The notes under the pieces: model-generated
Seen by the model: the letters and a program-made list of their open reading frames with translations, nothing else
Database searches by the model: none
What the model was told of the DNA's origin: nothing
Part shown: positions 1 to 16,662 of the stretch, one piece after another
How the letters are laid out: the number at the start of each line of letters is the position of its first letter
Numbering within the stretch: position 1 is the stretch's first letter
Program-made: the position numbers and the translations under genes
Assembly (NCBI RefSeq): GCF_009914755.1
Contig: NC_060934.1
Source: the human T2T-CHM13v2.0 reference genome, Homo sapiens
Length of the DNA stretch: 64,000 nucleotides
Direction: 5' to 3' (one strand)

Positions 1-165
1 AAAGCTCCCCCGGGCCTCTTTTATAAGGACACTAATTCCATTCATTAGAGCTCTGCCCTCATGACCTAATCACCCCCCAAAGCACCTCACTGCTTAATAT
101 TATCACACTGGGGATGAGTTTTCAACATATGCATTTTGGGGGTTGGGCACAAACATTCAGGACAC
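1..165 (-). mobile_element. MaLR LTR fragment (MLT1/MST type), truncated by window edge
   Basis: ttataaggacactaat...ccctcatgacctaatcacc...ttcaacatat...cacaaacattcag matches the reverse complement of a MaLR LTR 5' end. Confidence 0.7.
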
Positions 166-169
166 AGTG

Positions 170-373
170 CAAACAAAAACAAAAACAGATGGACAAAACA
201 TATGAAACAACAATTTTCAAGACCCACTGGACATATGACAACAATGATCCCTGAGAGACGGTAGACAAATGAGGTAGGCCCTGTGATTGTCCCAGCTACT
301 ACTCTAGCTTACTTACAAGCCATGTTGAGGGAGGGGAGAGAGATGGAGCTGAGAGTCCGGGGAGACCAAGGAG

Positions 374-408
<35 letters not shown>

Positions 409-1715
409 CAAACTCTGGGAGTTCTGCAGAGGGTCCCCCTTCAGTATTTATCTGAGTACAGACCAAACTGTGCACGTGGGGAAACTACCTAAAGCCAGAG
501 GGGAAAAACTACCTAAAAGGATGAGGAGATAATGCAATGTAATAATGAAAAATATTTAGTTGATCAAACACAAGGCAAGAACACAGGGAAAAGGGAGCAA
601 AGAATATACAGGACAAATAGAAAACAAGTAGAAAGATAATAGATTCACATTTATCCACACTGATAATTATATTAAATGTAAATGGTTAAAATGCATAAGT
701 CATCAGCTTGGACCAGAAAAGAAAACAAGCCTCAACTACAGTTGCCTACAAGAAACAGACTTTAAATATAAAGGCAAAAATAGTTTAAAAGTAAAAGAAC
801 TTTTACTTTCAAAGTTCTTTTAAAACTTTTAAAAATATACCAAAATATACCATGCTAAAACTAATTTTTAAAAAGTGGAAGTGACTATATCAGTATTAGA
901 CAAAGCAGATTTCAAGGCTAAGACTATTAAGGGATATAAAAGAGTGCACACAGAATATTTACCAAGATAAACCGTATTCTGTCTCATAAAAGGTCTCAAT
1001 ACCGTTAAAAGGATTCAAGTTATATAATGTATACTCTCTGACCACAGTGAAATTAAATTAGAAACCCATAACAAAAAGATGTTTGAAAAATAGTCAAGTC
1101 ATTGGAAATTAAATATACCTGTATCTATTAAATAATTATTTGTTGTTGAAAACCTTCCCACAAAGAAAGTTCTGGGCTCAGATGGTTTTGTTTGTCAATT
1201 CTACCAAGTATTTAATAAAAAATACCAATCCTACACAAAATCTTTTACAAAAAGAGAGAATATTTCCCAAGTAATTTTTTGAGGTCAGTATTACTCTGAT
1301 ACCAAAAGCAAGCATTACAAGAAAAGGTAAGTATAGTATGATATCCCTAAAGAACATACATGCAAAATTGTGCAGAATTTTAGCAAATACAACAAATACA
1401 TAAAAGCATAATAAATGCAGAATTTTAGCAAATACAGTAAATACATAAAAGCATAATATGTTTTGAACAGGATAGTTTGTCCCGGGAATGCTAAGTGGAT
1501 TTCACATTCAAAAGTCAATTAATGTGATTCATCACATTAATGAGCTAAAAAAGATAAAATCATCTCAGTGGACATAGAAAAAGCACTTGACAAAAATCCA
1601 ACATCCATTCTTGTTTTTCCAAAAAAAAAAAATTTCAGCGAACTCAAAATTGAAGAGATTTTTCTCAACCTGATAGAGGGCATTTATGAGAAATCTATAG
1701 CTAATATCTTCTTTT
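170..1715 (+). mobile_element. Old degenerate LINE-1 (L1M type): 5' region plus ORF2 remnants
   Basis: A-rich L1-like blocks (ttaaatgtaaatgg, ctctgaccacagtgaaattaaattagaaa, gaggtcagtattactctgataccaaa, gaaaaagcacttgacaaaaatccaacatccattc); no open frame. Confidence 0.75.
374..399 (+). repeat. (GA)n microsatellite
   Basis: About 13 perfect GA units. Confidence 0.9.
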
Positions 1716-3579
1716 AATAAATGTTTCGAAAATTAATGAGATCAGTGCAAGCAATGGTGCCCTGGGTCTTTGAGAAAGTAGAGCTCACGTCAGCTGCCTG
1801 ATTTGGTTTTGTGCCTACTAAATTTTTTAGATCCTAGGCTAGGGTTTTGTGAAATGCTTTATCTAGTGTAACTGGCGCTTCCTGCTGCCAGTCTACATTC
1901 ATTCGTCTTTAGCCTGCACCACCCTTAACTAGGGAGGCCGATGGCTGTCTCTCCTCAGGTTAACTGTCTGGGGATTTGGCCTCAGAGACAACACAGACGT
2001 AAAGCTCCTTGGGATTCCTTCCATCATTTGTGTTCTAAATGATTAGTAAGAGTGCAGTCTAATTTTTATTGTCATGCATGACTTGGGGTACAGTCATGCT
2101 GAACCACATAAATCTTTAGAGCCAATCATTGCAGGAACTGGTTTGACTGTTTCCACAAGTAATCTCGCCAGCATTCTCAATGTGGGCTCTTGAATCATCA
2201 CTCCTAAATTTCTGAGCTCATCTGAGCTTTGCGATAATAATAGTCATAATTCTGAATTTAATATAGATGCTTTCATCTGCAAAGTGCTTGGCAAACATTA
2301 ACTAATTAGACCCCGGATGCTCCTCTTGAGGTCCTCAAACAAATAGCACTGCCTCATTTTTGAAATGAGGGGTAAGAAAAAGACCTGAAGCTCAGAGCTC
2401 ATTAGGGTAGCACAAAAGACAGTGGGAATCAAACCTAGAACCTGCTCTCGTCACATGGGCTTGGGTGACATACCTCCAACAGAACACTTTCCTGGAATCA
2501 TTAACCTAACTTTTCTTTTGCAAGGAACGTGCATGACAAATGTGGTTACTTTAAAATGATAGGATTTCTTTTTATGAGTTATTGAAGTTTTGCACTGAAT
2601 ATTCCTTTCTACCTAAAGAATTAAGCCCCACATCTTGAGTCATGCTTGGAATGGTATTAACCTCATATTTTAAAGAGGCTTCTCCTAGGGCTTATGGTGA
2701 AACAAGAATACCTATGCACAGGCCACAGTTATGTCAGTGAGCATAAAAATTAAGAGTGCCTGCAAGTGCCTAGCTGCAGGTCTTCCTCATCCCAGCAATC
2801 AGGTCATCTGCACAATGAGATACGGAGGCTATCTGAGTGTCTGACTAAACTCTGCCAAAGCTCCTTTATTTGTTAAGCCTAAATTTAATATTCCCCTGCC
2901 TCCAAATTAATTCACCCTAATAATTTGGAATGTCCTTCACTTTTGCTGCCTCCTTTATGAATCAATCTAGAGATCACAAGTGAAAAGCTAACATTACTAT
3001 TGCCTCTGTGTAAAAGTCCATAAATAATACTTCTTCATTATCAACAAAGAGTATTTGCTATCCAGTTCAGTCATGAGGTTTTTATAATTAGGAAGGGAAT
3101 CTGGTAATCTCTTGTATTTATTTGCTTACTTTTATGAATGTAGCAACAATTGTGTGCCAGGCTATTGAGAATAAAGTGTGTGGGACAGAGACATCCACCG
3201 ATTCATGTGAACACCAACAAGCGTTTGTCTGAATCTGGCCTTGAATGTACTTGGTGGTTTCCTTCCCTGCCAGCAGTAAATTTCAATGCTTGTAACAAAT
3301 GATCTTTAATGGCTTCATTGCAATAAAGGCAGCCCATTTTGTTCTGTGCAGCCAGACCCAAGTCTTGCTTAAAGTAGGCCACCTTCCCTTGGAGCATTTA
3401 TCCCACTATTTCAAAGTGCTTGGTATATATTATAGAACTTTCTCCATGGTTTTAGAAGACATCTGAACAATGGTTAAGAACAAAGTTTTTAGATGGGAGA
3501 ACTGACTCAGCAGATCTCCTCCCAAGGTCAGCCTCATTAGCAGCCAATCAGATGTGTGCCTGCTGCTTGTTCCTTTGCA

Positions 3580-5390
<1,811 letters not shown>

Positions 5391-6021
5391 GCAGGACTTG
5401 TACCTCCAGCACTTGTAATTTTAGAGGGTGTCCTTGACCTCAGGTTAAATATTAAAATGCATACCGAGTTCACATCAACTACATGTTTTACAACAAAAAA
5501 ATTAAAAGGGTTTTTATAATTTTGTTTGCAAAATTAGTTGGCTGTGAATAACTCACAATTTATAATTCAATATGACTTATCAGTAATCAACGCACATACT
5601 TGGGAATTTGGGAAAACTGAGAACATCCAACTAATAAATTGTTTTCAAATGTAGTAAGACATTTATGGATACTATGTTTACAATGCTGACATAATATTAC
5701 ATTTTATATGTACTCTATTATTACATGTGATTTTCATTATTCACATTTTGAATTTAATATTCTTTTTTCTGGATGCAAAAATGTCTACAGGTACTTGGCT
5801 CGTTCACCAGTCCCAGGCAGTTTACTTATATTGTTCAATGGCTGAAATTCTAAAGAACAGGGTTCCTGCCATGACAGCAGAGTGAAGGGACCAGTCTTCA
5901 GGAGGAGGAGACTATCCTCCTTTTGTACAGGAGAAAAGCACAAAAGAACAGGCACAGAGGCAAGCTGGTAAAGTGCCAATCTCATGGTCTCCATTTTCTC
6001 TATTGAGGTGCCATCACCTCT

Positions 6022-6532
6022 TTGTGTGTGTCTGTAGTGTGTGCGTGTGTGTGTGTGTGTGGTGTGTATAGTATATGTAGATGTCTGTAGTGTGTATATG
6101 TGTGTATGTTTGTAGTGTCTGTATGTGTGCATCCTGTATGTGTATAGTGTGGGTGTAGTATGTGTATGTAGTATGCATGTGTGCATGTGTATAGTGTGTA
6201 TGTGTGTAAATATATATATATTTATATATGGTGTGTATATAGTGTGTATATATGTGGTGTGTGTGCATGTGTGTAGCGTGTATATGCATAGTATGTGTAT
6301 GTGTGGTGTGTGTGCATGTGTATAGTGTGTGTGTAGTGTGTGTCGTGTGTGTATGTGTAGTGTGTGCAGTATGTAGGTGTGTTTGTGCATAGTATGTATA
6401 TGTGTGTGTAGTGTGCGTATGTGTCTACGTGTGTGTGTGTAGTGTGTGTGTGAGTAGTTTATGTGTGTAGCATGTATGTGCATGTGTAGTGTATGTGTGT
6501 GGTGTGTATATGTGTCTATGTTGTAGTGTGTC
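6022..6532 (+). repeat. Degenerate (TG)n/(TGTA)n low-complexity tract, about 510 bp
   Basis: Near-continuous TG/TA/CA alternation. Confidence 0.95.
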
Positions 6533-7094
6533 TATCTTCTTGAGAGATGGGGCATTGATATTCCTTTTAGAAATTCTTCTAGAAGCCAACATCTTGAAAA
6601 TGAGCCTGCTGATGGTATTCAGAGCTGGCCAGCTCTTCCCCATTCTCCTTCAATCCGGGCACGTCCCACCCTGTGTGGCTGGATGTGAAAACGTACGTGC
6701 AAGTGTGATCTCTCTGTGTGAACATTAAGAGGTTGCTCACTTGCTCCAGTTTTCACCTGGAAGCAGCACTTCCTTCCCCATTCCCTCCTATTCGATGCAA
6801 CAGGCTGATCAGAGTATTTCTGTTCACCTTTGTGGCAACTGTGCTACACTCCCCTTTCAAGCCTTCCTCAAAAGAAAGAGGAGAAAATATTTTAATATGA
6901 TTTTAATGCCTAGTTTTTTCTCCTTTCCTTTTTATTGTAAAAATACAACACTTTTCCTGTAGAGCAATTAGAAAATGCAGATGCAATTTTAATACCATCA
7001 TTGACACATCAACCATGTTACTATGTTGCTTTTTCTTTAAAAAAACTCTTGATAGAAGCAGTTTTTTAAACTTTTATGTATTTAATTATTTTGC

Positions 7095-7495
7095 AAGATT
7101 TCAATTTGCATTGAAATTTATTGAGATTTATTTTATGGCCCAGCACATGACTTATTTTGGTGAACATATTCTGTGCACTTAAAAATGTGTATTCTGTAAT
7201 TGGTGAGTGAGTTTCTAGGAATGATGGAGTTCAAGAAATGTTCATCAGGTCAAGTTGGTTGGAAGTGTTCGACAGAAGTCATTTTATAACCTGCTTTTTT
7301 ATTTTGAGTAAAATATTGTGACAGTCAATAAACATGATTTTTCTACAAAATGCTTTATAGTTATGGTGTATTCCATGGTTTAGCTATTTCCCTATTGCTG
7401 GATATTTGTTTTAAAATTTCGGTATTATAAAGAATACTGTGATAACCGTACATTTAAATGTGTATGTATTATTGATTACACTACAGAAGATAAAC
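7095..7495 (-). mobile_element. Old L1 fragments
   Basis: ttgagatttattttatggcccagcacatga...ttggtgaacatattctgtgcactt...tgtgtattctg is antisense to the L1 endonuclease region. Confidence 0.55.
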
Positions 7496-7505
7496 TTGTA
7501 GTAGT

Positions 7506-8194
<689 letters not shown>

Positions 8195-10048
8195 GCAGTG
8201 TAGCTGCTAGTTAAGACTTCGTATTCTTGAAGGCCTTTGATTCATATTCATTTTGAGGCCATTTTAACATTGTACCTTTACCCTTCTGAAGATCTCTGGT
8301 GTCTTGGCATGTATTTTCATCACTTTCTATATAGAAAATCAGTCACAGGTGACTCACTGAATTTGGAGCCAGCATGGAAACAATCAAAATGCCAAAAATC
8401 TAACTTTGTAAAATTAAAAAAAAAAAATCTGCCTCTTTAAAAATTTGATTCACTTCTGTTCTTAAAGATAGCAATGCGAGATGGTGTTCAACTCCAAAAC
8501 TGCAAAACACTGATGCCAAGCAATCCATTTTAATCATGGCATGCCCCGGGACACTTTCAGTATTTGCACGAATTGAAGGTCATTTGTGGTGAGTACAAGG
8601 TCTTCTCTCCTGAATCATCGTGCCATTGTACTCACCTCGAAAATGCTGGGATGCCTGTGGGGATCCTGAAAGCATCAGCTGGACATGATGATTAAAATCT
8701 TCTAATTATTTGAAAAGCCATTTGGGATAATAGAGTAGGTTTACTTTCCTTTCATTAATGTCCCTGAGCAGGCTATATAGGAGTTAGAAAGTCACAACTT
8801 CACTGCTTTTGGCCAAAGGCCATTGCGGTACTTGCAGATGAAGAAGAAAAAGAAAAAAAAAAACAGAGACAAAGTGTTCTTTCAGAAAGGTTATAAGCCT
8901 GTAGACAGAACAGAATTAAAATACAATTCTGAATGTACCAGCATACAATATTTTGGTGTTGGTTTACTGAAGAGAATGTCAGATCAATACACCACCAAGT
9001 CAAATTGACTGTGATGTCTAAAATAACTTTAGGTCTGCCTTTAGAAGGAGCTAATGGGAAAAGAGAGAAATAAGTTACACGAAGGTCCATGTTGGGCGAT
9101 AAGGAACTTGTCGCTTAGTGAACAGGTCTTGATAATATACTGGATAAATGGCACTAAGAAATGTCTGGAATCACTCAGAATACATGCCTAGAAGTCTAGA
9201 GTAATAAGAAACAAACGCATGTCATAATTCAGTGTAAGAAATAGCAATGCAAAGGTAAGATCTTTGCATTGTATAAATTCGTATAAGCCCTGTAAATGAT
9301 TACAACTTCATTTCTTATCATTTGTTTTGGATAGCAGAATTAGAGTAGAGCAGTGTTAGCAGGAGAGAGTCCCTTGAAGGTCACAACAATGTGAAGAGCC
9401 TGGCAGTGTGGAGTGTCAGCTGAATAACCCATGAGGACCCAAGGAACAGGCCTGGATTTCTTCCACAGAGCAGGCCTGGCGAATTCCCATGAAGTTAGGT
9501 CACTAGGCAAACGTTCCAGGGCTGGCGGTGTACTTATGACTCTCAATCTCCCTTCTAAGTTGTTAAAAAAATTAAAATAAAAAAAAAACTCTTCAGTACT
9601 TAGACATTATGCTAAGGCAGTATCTGAAATGACAGAATGGAATGAAGAGACATCAGATGAATGCTAAGTATGGAGACTATGCAGAGTTTAGAAGTTGCCC
9701 TGAAAATTGAGAGAAGCTTAGGGTTGGGGCTAATGGATGAGGTCAGAAGCTTATCAATCACCCAATTAACAAGTATTTATTGTGACCATACAGGATACTG
9801 GATGCCACAGTAACTGCATATGGTGAGAGGTGTAAGACCTAAGTTGTCTAACTGTGTTTAATTCATTGGGAAATTTACTAACAGGTCAAACAGGCTTACC
9901 CCAGTGAAATAATCCACGTGGCATCAGGTCACACATTTGGAAGGTGACCTTAAATATAGATGAAGGAAATTGTTGAAGTCAGTGGCCAGTATATTGAATT
10001 ACAAGGCTCATAAACTTCTCATGCCTCAGATCTCGAGTTCTATTTTTA

Positions 10049-10471
<423 letters not shown>

Positions 10472-11769
10472 CTATTGTCAAATGTTTGTTTTAAATCTTA
10501 AGAGAGATTCTTTAGCTTTGTTATCTGGTCATTCCTCATTTAGCCAATAATAGTACAACTTCCTAGAAAAGAATGAAGATTTTTGGAGGAACTGAGCTTT
10601 CACTTTGTCTGCACAGTGTCACAGGGTAGGCCCTTGCCTTCCCACGTTGTGGTCATTAGCATGAAATTGCTTGGAAAGGTAACCTATGCTCTCCTAACTA
10701 TGAGGATGAAAATGGTATCCCATAATAAAAATAGAAAAAGGTAATAAAAGTTCACTTCTTGTTGCAATAGCAAATGCACAAGTAGCATTTATCACTTGAC
10801 TGTTTTCCTGTATGGTTTTCTAGTCATTCGTTGCTATGCATGGAGAAGCGTGAACTTGTGAAAATACTTATCATCTGCTTCAGTGGCCCATTTTCAATGC
10901 ATTTACAGCATCAACAATAACAACATACAATGACTTTTTTTTAAAAAAAAAGGTAATTTTGGACACAGAACCTATACTATCTTTATATTTTTGTTTGCTT
11001 TGGCTTTGTTTTGTTTTTTTTGAACCTAACAAGAAGATGGTAGCATTAGCCACTCTCAGTTAAAAATTTGAAAACCTTACAGCTAGAGAAATAGTCTTTC
11101 AGTGACTGAGGTACGATAATTTCACTTTACGCTGTTTTAGCTTCATTACATTGACAACAGATTTTTATATTTCTTATACATTTTTAATTATTCTTTTCTA
11201 TCAGATGTTGAGAAATTCTATATATCATGTTGCAAACCTAATTATTTTTAAAAAGAGATTTATGTCACATATGACTGACTTCTTATCTATAACTCCCAGA
11301 AATACTAATTTTATTTGGAAATACCCAGAAAGATCTGTTAAATTATGAATATACTGTGACTCATTTTATGCCTAATTATAAAAAATGAATGAGTAAAATA
11401 TCAAAAAAATTTCTTTGGGAAATTTTAGTTTAAAAAAAGCTAGTAATTTTCTAACAGAGCCTTAGAAATAATTGTACTCCCAATTTTATGGGGAAGTCAT
11501 TTCATTATTAATGTGTTTAATTCTCAAAAGTTAGTTGTGATATTTTTAGTGTAAGGTTGCTTGGAAAATATATGAAAAAAAGATATAATTATTATGTGAA
11601 TTTTATTATCTCTCCAAGAAAGCAAAAATAAACAGAAAGACTAATTTTAGATAAGGATAAGAACATCTAGGTTCTTTTTGCTCTACTACTAAGCAATCTT
11701 TGGCAAATGATTTTAATTTTCTGGAGCTTGATTTCTGCCTCTATGAAATAAAGAGGCTAGAAGTAGATC

Positions 11770-12022
11770 ACATTTGGTGGTAATACTGAGACGCGCTCTG
11801 CAAAAAAAATGCTTCTTGGTCAACTGAATTTGGAAGTTATCATATGTTATGCCCACTATGGGATATTTAAGATGCACATTGGTAGATTATGAGAATCCTG
11901 CAGTAAAAGAACCTACTTATCTTGGTTTATACCAAAATTTCCCAAAGCTATTTGGCCATGGACCTCTTCCTTTGTTTTCTTTCTGTAACAACATACTCGG
12001 AACACACGCTAGGAAATGCTGG
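11770..12022. mobile_element. Probable hAT-Charlie MITE (MER103-like)
   Basis: tttcccaaagctatttggccatgga...ggaacacacgctaggaaatgctg resembles MER103-type sequence. Confidence 0.4.
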
Positions 12023-12411
12023 CAGGATATTCAACTGGGTGCGCCTGGTCCCTGGTTTTCAACACAAGATGATGAAAAGCTGTGTCTCATTTTTCTTTTG
12101 AGAAAAAAATTTAAAATTCTATGTATGCATTAATCTCTGATTACTTTTCCTAATAATATCTTATTTTTCCTACTTTTTTAGTTTCCGTGAACACCAAAAG
12201 TCATAAATTTTATCCACACACTAAGGACCACAATTTCTTAAGTCACTACAACTTCTGGGACGCTAGCAAATCACCACTATTAGGTTAAGCCTTCCTTAAT
12301 TACTAAACAAATTTCAAAAAGCACAAATGGGTAAATCTCTGGACATCCTAAGCAAATTTTCACACTTCTTAAATAACTGTAACAAATCAGTGGCCACATT
12401 TACTCAACTAA

Positions 12412-12708
<297 letters not shown>

Positions 12709-12869
12709 TCAACAAACATTTAATGAAGATATGTCATACACAAAAGCATGACAGATACTCTAAAATAATGAAGAAATTCTCCCCTACATTAAAGAAGCTT
12801 TTTGTCTATAAGAAGATGAATATAATAATATTTTAGTAATATAATATATATTACATAATAGCAAAAATA

Positions 12870-13100
12870 TCAATAGCTAGTGTTTATTAAATGCCTACTA
12901 ATATTGCAGATACTATATATCCATAATCATTCATCTTTAAAAAAAAAAACCCTTAAAGCACAGATTCTATTATTGTTCTCATTTTATAAGAAGGAAAAAG
13001 GAGCTCAGAGAGGTTAGCGATTTGTCTTATGACACACAGCTGTCAAATAAAAGAAAGGATTCAGATCAAGGTCTATATGACTGCAGCATCACACTGCCTT
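12870..13100 (-). mobile_element. MIR SINE
   Basis: MIR core antisense: cattttataag...ctcagagaggttagcgatttgtc...cacacagct. Confidence 0.7.
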
Positions 13101-14355
13101 TCAAATCAGGCTTAAACATGAATGTAGGCAGAAGAGAAGGAACTAATGAGATGGGGAAGTAGTGCCGTACGAAGAGGAATACTTGATACAACTGGGCTTC
13201 ATAAGAAGGGTCAAGTCAAGATTGCTAGGAGAGTTAGTTGGCCTTGGGAAAATGAGTGACTGTCTCTTTCTCTGAGACAGGAATGAAAAATGAAAGAGGA
13301 GATGGACCAGAAGTGTGTGGAGAAAAAGGCCTTCCAGACTCCCTTTCTCACACTAAGGTCTGGGAACGATTCCTAATGTCTGTTCTCTCCAAGGTAATAC
13401 GTGTTTGAATGTAACCTGCGTTTCTTACTTGATATGAGCCCTAACCTGAATGTACTCGAGGTCTCTCCATGAACTACCAAGTCTATCTAATTAGTTAAAA
13501 TATTAGTATCCATGGTTTCTTCTCAGAAACTCAGAGACCTAAGCCGTAGTTTTTTGTTTGTTTGTTTGTTTCTTTGCTACTAAAAAAAACAAGCATAGAC
13601 GACACACCAGAATTTAAATAACTAAAAACTATTCTCCCTGGCTTCATGAGTACCTATGAGAGTCAACACAGCTCCCCTATCTTGTGGGAACCCTTCAATC
13701 GCAAAATACCCATCTTGGAGAGTATAAATTGTGTGTTGGAAGTTTAGAGAAAGGGCACCTTCCATCTCAATCTATTCCAAATGCCAAACGTGAGAATTTA
13801 GCTTACTTTTGAAATGAAGTCTTCATTCTTAATTACAAACATTTCTTCTTGTTTTGTCCTAGACACAAAGATTCCTAAAAAGATGTCAAAGCTGGTGAGT
13901 GGCAGCTTAGGGCCCTTGAAGATCACTGTGTGTCTTCTCCTGTGTAAACTTTACCTACTTAAGAGGATTGAGGAAAGAGTCCCCTTTTAACCCTTCATCC
14001 TCTCTTCCATTTATAACCTTTGAACTTCATGGGGCTTAAGCAAATTAAAGTATTAGATTCCACCATGATTCAAGGTAATGAAAACCTTTCCCTAAGGCCT
14101 CAGATGAGCTATAGAAAATAAAGACCGTATGTGAATTCTTTAGGTTCATGATGTTTGACTCTTCAATGGGTAGTGAGGGGGGCTCAGGGAGCATTTTATA
14201 CAGTCCTCATCCAAAGATAAGCAATGGTTTGGTACCCAAGAGCTCTGTGTTCTAGTCTCAGCTCTGCTGCAAATTAATTGCCTGGCCTTGGGCATTTAGA
14301 CAGATGAGGTTAAATAGTCTTTTTAAAAGATCCTTCTAGTTCAAAGATTCTAAAT

Positions 14356-14577
14356 CATAAAACTGGGCAAAATGGAATACCTCCATGAAGGAAAGACCCA
14401 ACTGAGGGTGTTTGCATTTCAGAATGCAATGCACACATCATTTGGTGACAAACACAGTTTTTTCACTGAACACTAAGTGATTAAAGAGTGCATACATGCA
14501 CACTGAATAGACTTACTCATGGAAATCACATTAGTAAATTATAAAATTGTATGAAAAGTCCAAGCAGTGTGCATTGC
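14356..14577 (+). repeat. Local direct duplication A, copy 1 (partner 18307-18825)
   Basis: cataaaactgggcaaaatgga...aaaagtccaagcagtgtgcat recurs at 18307; 10 mismatches in the first 82 nt. Confidence 0.9.
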
Positions 14578-16662
14578 AATAGTTTCTCAACTCTGCTCTA
14601 TAAAATGATGGAAATCCATACACAGCAGTTATCTCTAAGAGAGTTAGCAATTACCCTCAGGAGTTTGCAAGTCAAAAGTTCTAGACCTCTGGATGCCTGG
14701 GTCACTGGCTGTGGCAATCCCAAACACTGTCCACTCCAAGCTTTGGAATCTGCATCCTCTTATTTTGCAATAGAAAGGAGCAAATGTAGTTTCCCAACTT
14801 GGGGAAGGTCCAGGACTCAAGAAGTCTACTAAATGTATCCAAGCATTTAGAATATTATGGGTATAACAATTCACTCAATTAAAGAGAAGGGCTTCTGGTG
14901 TTTTTGTTGTGTGCTATCATCTAGTAATAATGCTATATTTAGACATGACTATCCCTACTTATACATCTCCTACATCCTGAGTCTATAAACATTTGGGAAA
15001 ATGCTGGCCTGAATTCAGGGATGAAGTATGAAGACTTGGAAGAAAAGAAACGCTAACTGGTTAAATTACAGGTTGGGTCTGTAGTTTGGTTTTGTTAAAT
15101 CCATACTGCAGTATGAGATCAAAATTAACTTTGTATCGTAGCTGCCATTTTCTACTGATTTTTGCCAAGAGTTCTAAATGTTCTGTTTTCTCTCCTTGAG
15201 GAAAATTCCTATTTTTCTTTTCCTGACACAGACTTTCCGTCATACCATAGGAAAGCTCAAAATAAACTATACTCTAAGCTACATGAGGAAAAAAAAAGTC
15301 TTTGTATCTCTTGCACCTGGTATGATCCCTGATACTGTAGATACTCACTAAATGTTCATTGAATAAGGCTATCAAATTAATGAATTAATAAGAGAATCAA
15401 GAATTTGGGGATCCTATCACGTAAATGCATGGAGCTTGCAAATGTCTCATGATTTATCTTGATCCTTTGTAAAATGCCAACTTAAGCTTGTGTTAGTTCC
15501 ATTCGGAAACTGGCCTCCTAGCATAACCCTAATGGATAATTATAAATCCACAAAAAATCTAAGAAAATTCTCTACACAATCTCTTTACCAATTCAGATCG
15601 GTCCTGGCAGACCTAAAATTTTGTGATTTCCTGGTATGGTGAATTCTCATCAAATGCCAACAAGAGGATATCTAGAGAAAAATGTTCTGTTACGTTCACT
15701 GAAAATGAAGACAGCATTTTTGTTTTTTTCTCATTGGTTTTTCCTAGATTACATTATTATAGCTACAGATCATCCCCTCCTTTGAGGGTCATTTCCAAGA
15801 AAGTTCAAGTTTAGATTTTCCCCTCGATGTCTCTTAAAAAGCCCTTCTAAAATAAGAGATATTATTGCGGTCAAATCTACTTTGCAAGAAATAAACTTGG
15901 CATCAAAGGAAAACTACATCATTCTTCCCCTCAACCATAGTCAGTCATGTCTATGGCAATCCTGGATTCAATTATTAGTGATTCTGCCAGCATCTTGACA
16001 TTTCTTTTAGAGTCAGAGGGAGGAGGGACAAAAGTGATCTATTTATATGCTACCTCGCCTTTTTTCTTTCCCCCTCTTTTTCCTATATACCTAAGACTTC
16101 AGCAGTCAGTATCCAGATCTCAATTTCTCTTCCTTGTGTCAAAAGTTAGGGAACGGTTTCTGGGTGGGTGGAAGAACATCACTTTAATTTTCAGGCTTTA
16201 AGAATCTCAACCTCATTGGGGATACCAAGAAAATAACCTAGAAAACTCCTTCCACAAAGTGGATGGACACCTTTCAGATAAGCAGATGACTCAAAGTTAT
16301 TTTATCTTCACGAAAGAGTTCATTCATTAAAATGAGAAAGTTGTTTACTCTTGAAGAATTATTTACACCTCTGAAGAATAATTATGCCAAGCTATGAGAA
16401 ACCTATAGGGTGTGTGTGTAAGAATTTATTTATTTATCTGACAACTGTTTATTAAGCACTGATTATGTGCCAGGCATAGTTCTGGTTGTTGAGGATACAG
16501 TGGTGAATAAGACCCCAAAAGTCCCTGTTCATAAAAGGAAAACATTTAAAAAACAAATAAGTGAATAATTTAGTATAATTCCAGGCGATGCTATGAAGAA
16601 AAAGAAAAGCAGAGAGTAAGGATGTGCATTTGTCTAAGAGAGCAACATCGAAGTGAAGACCT

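Noticed and set aside
5785-6483. 232-aa His/Thr-rich ORF and overlapping Cys/Val-rich ORFs
   Set aside because: Translation of the TG repeat
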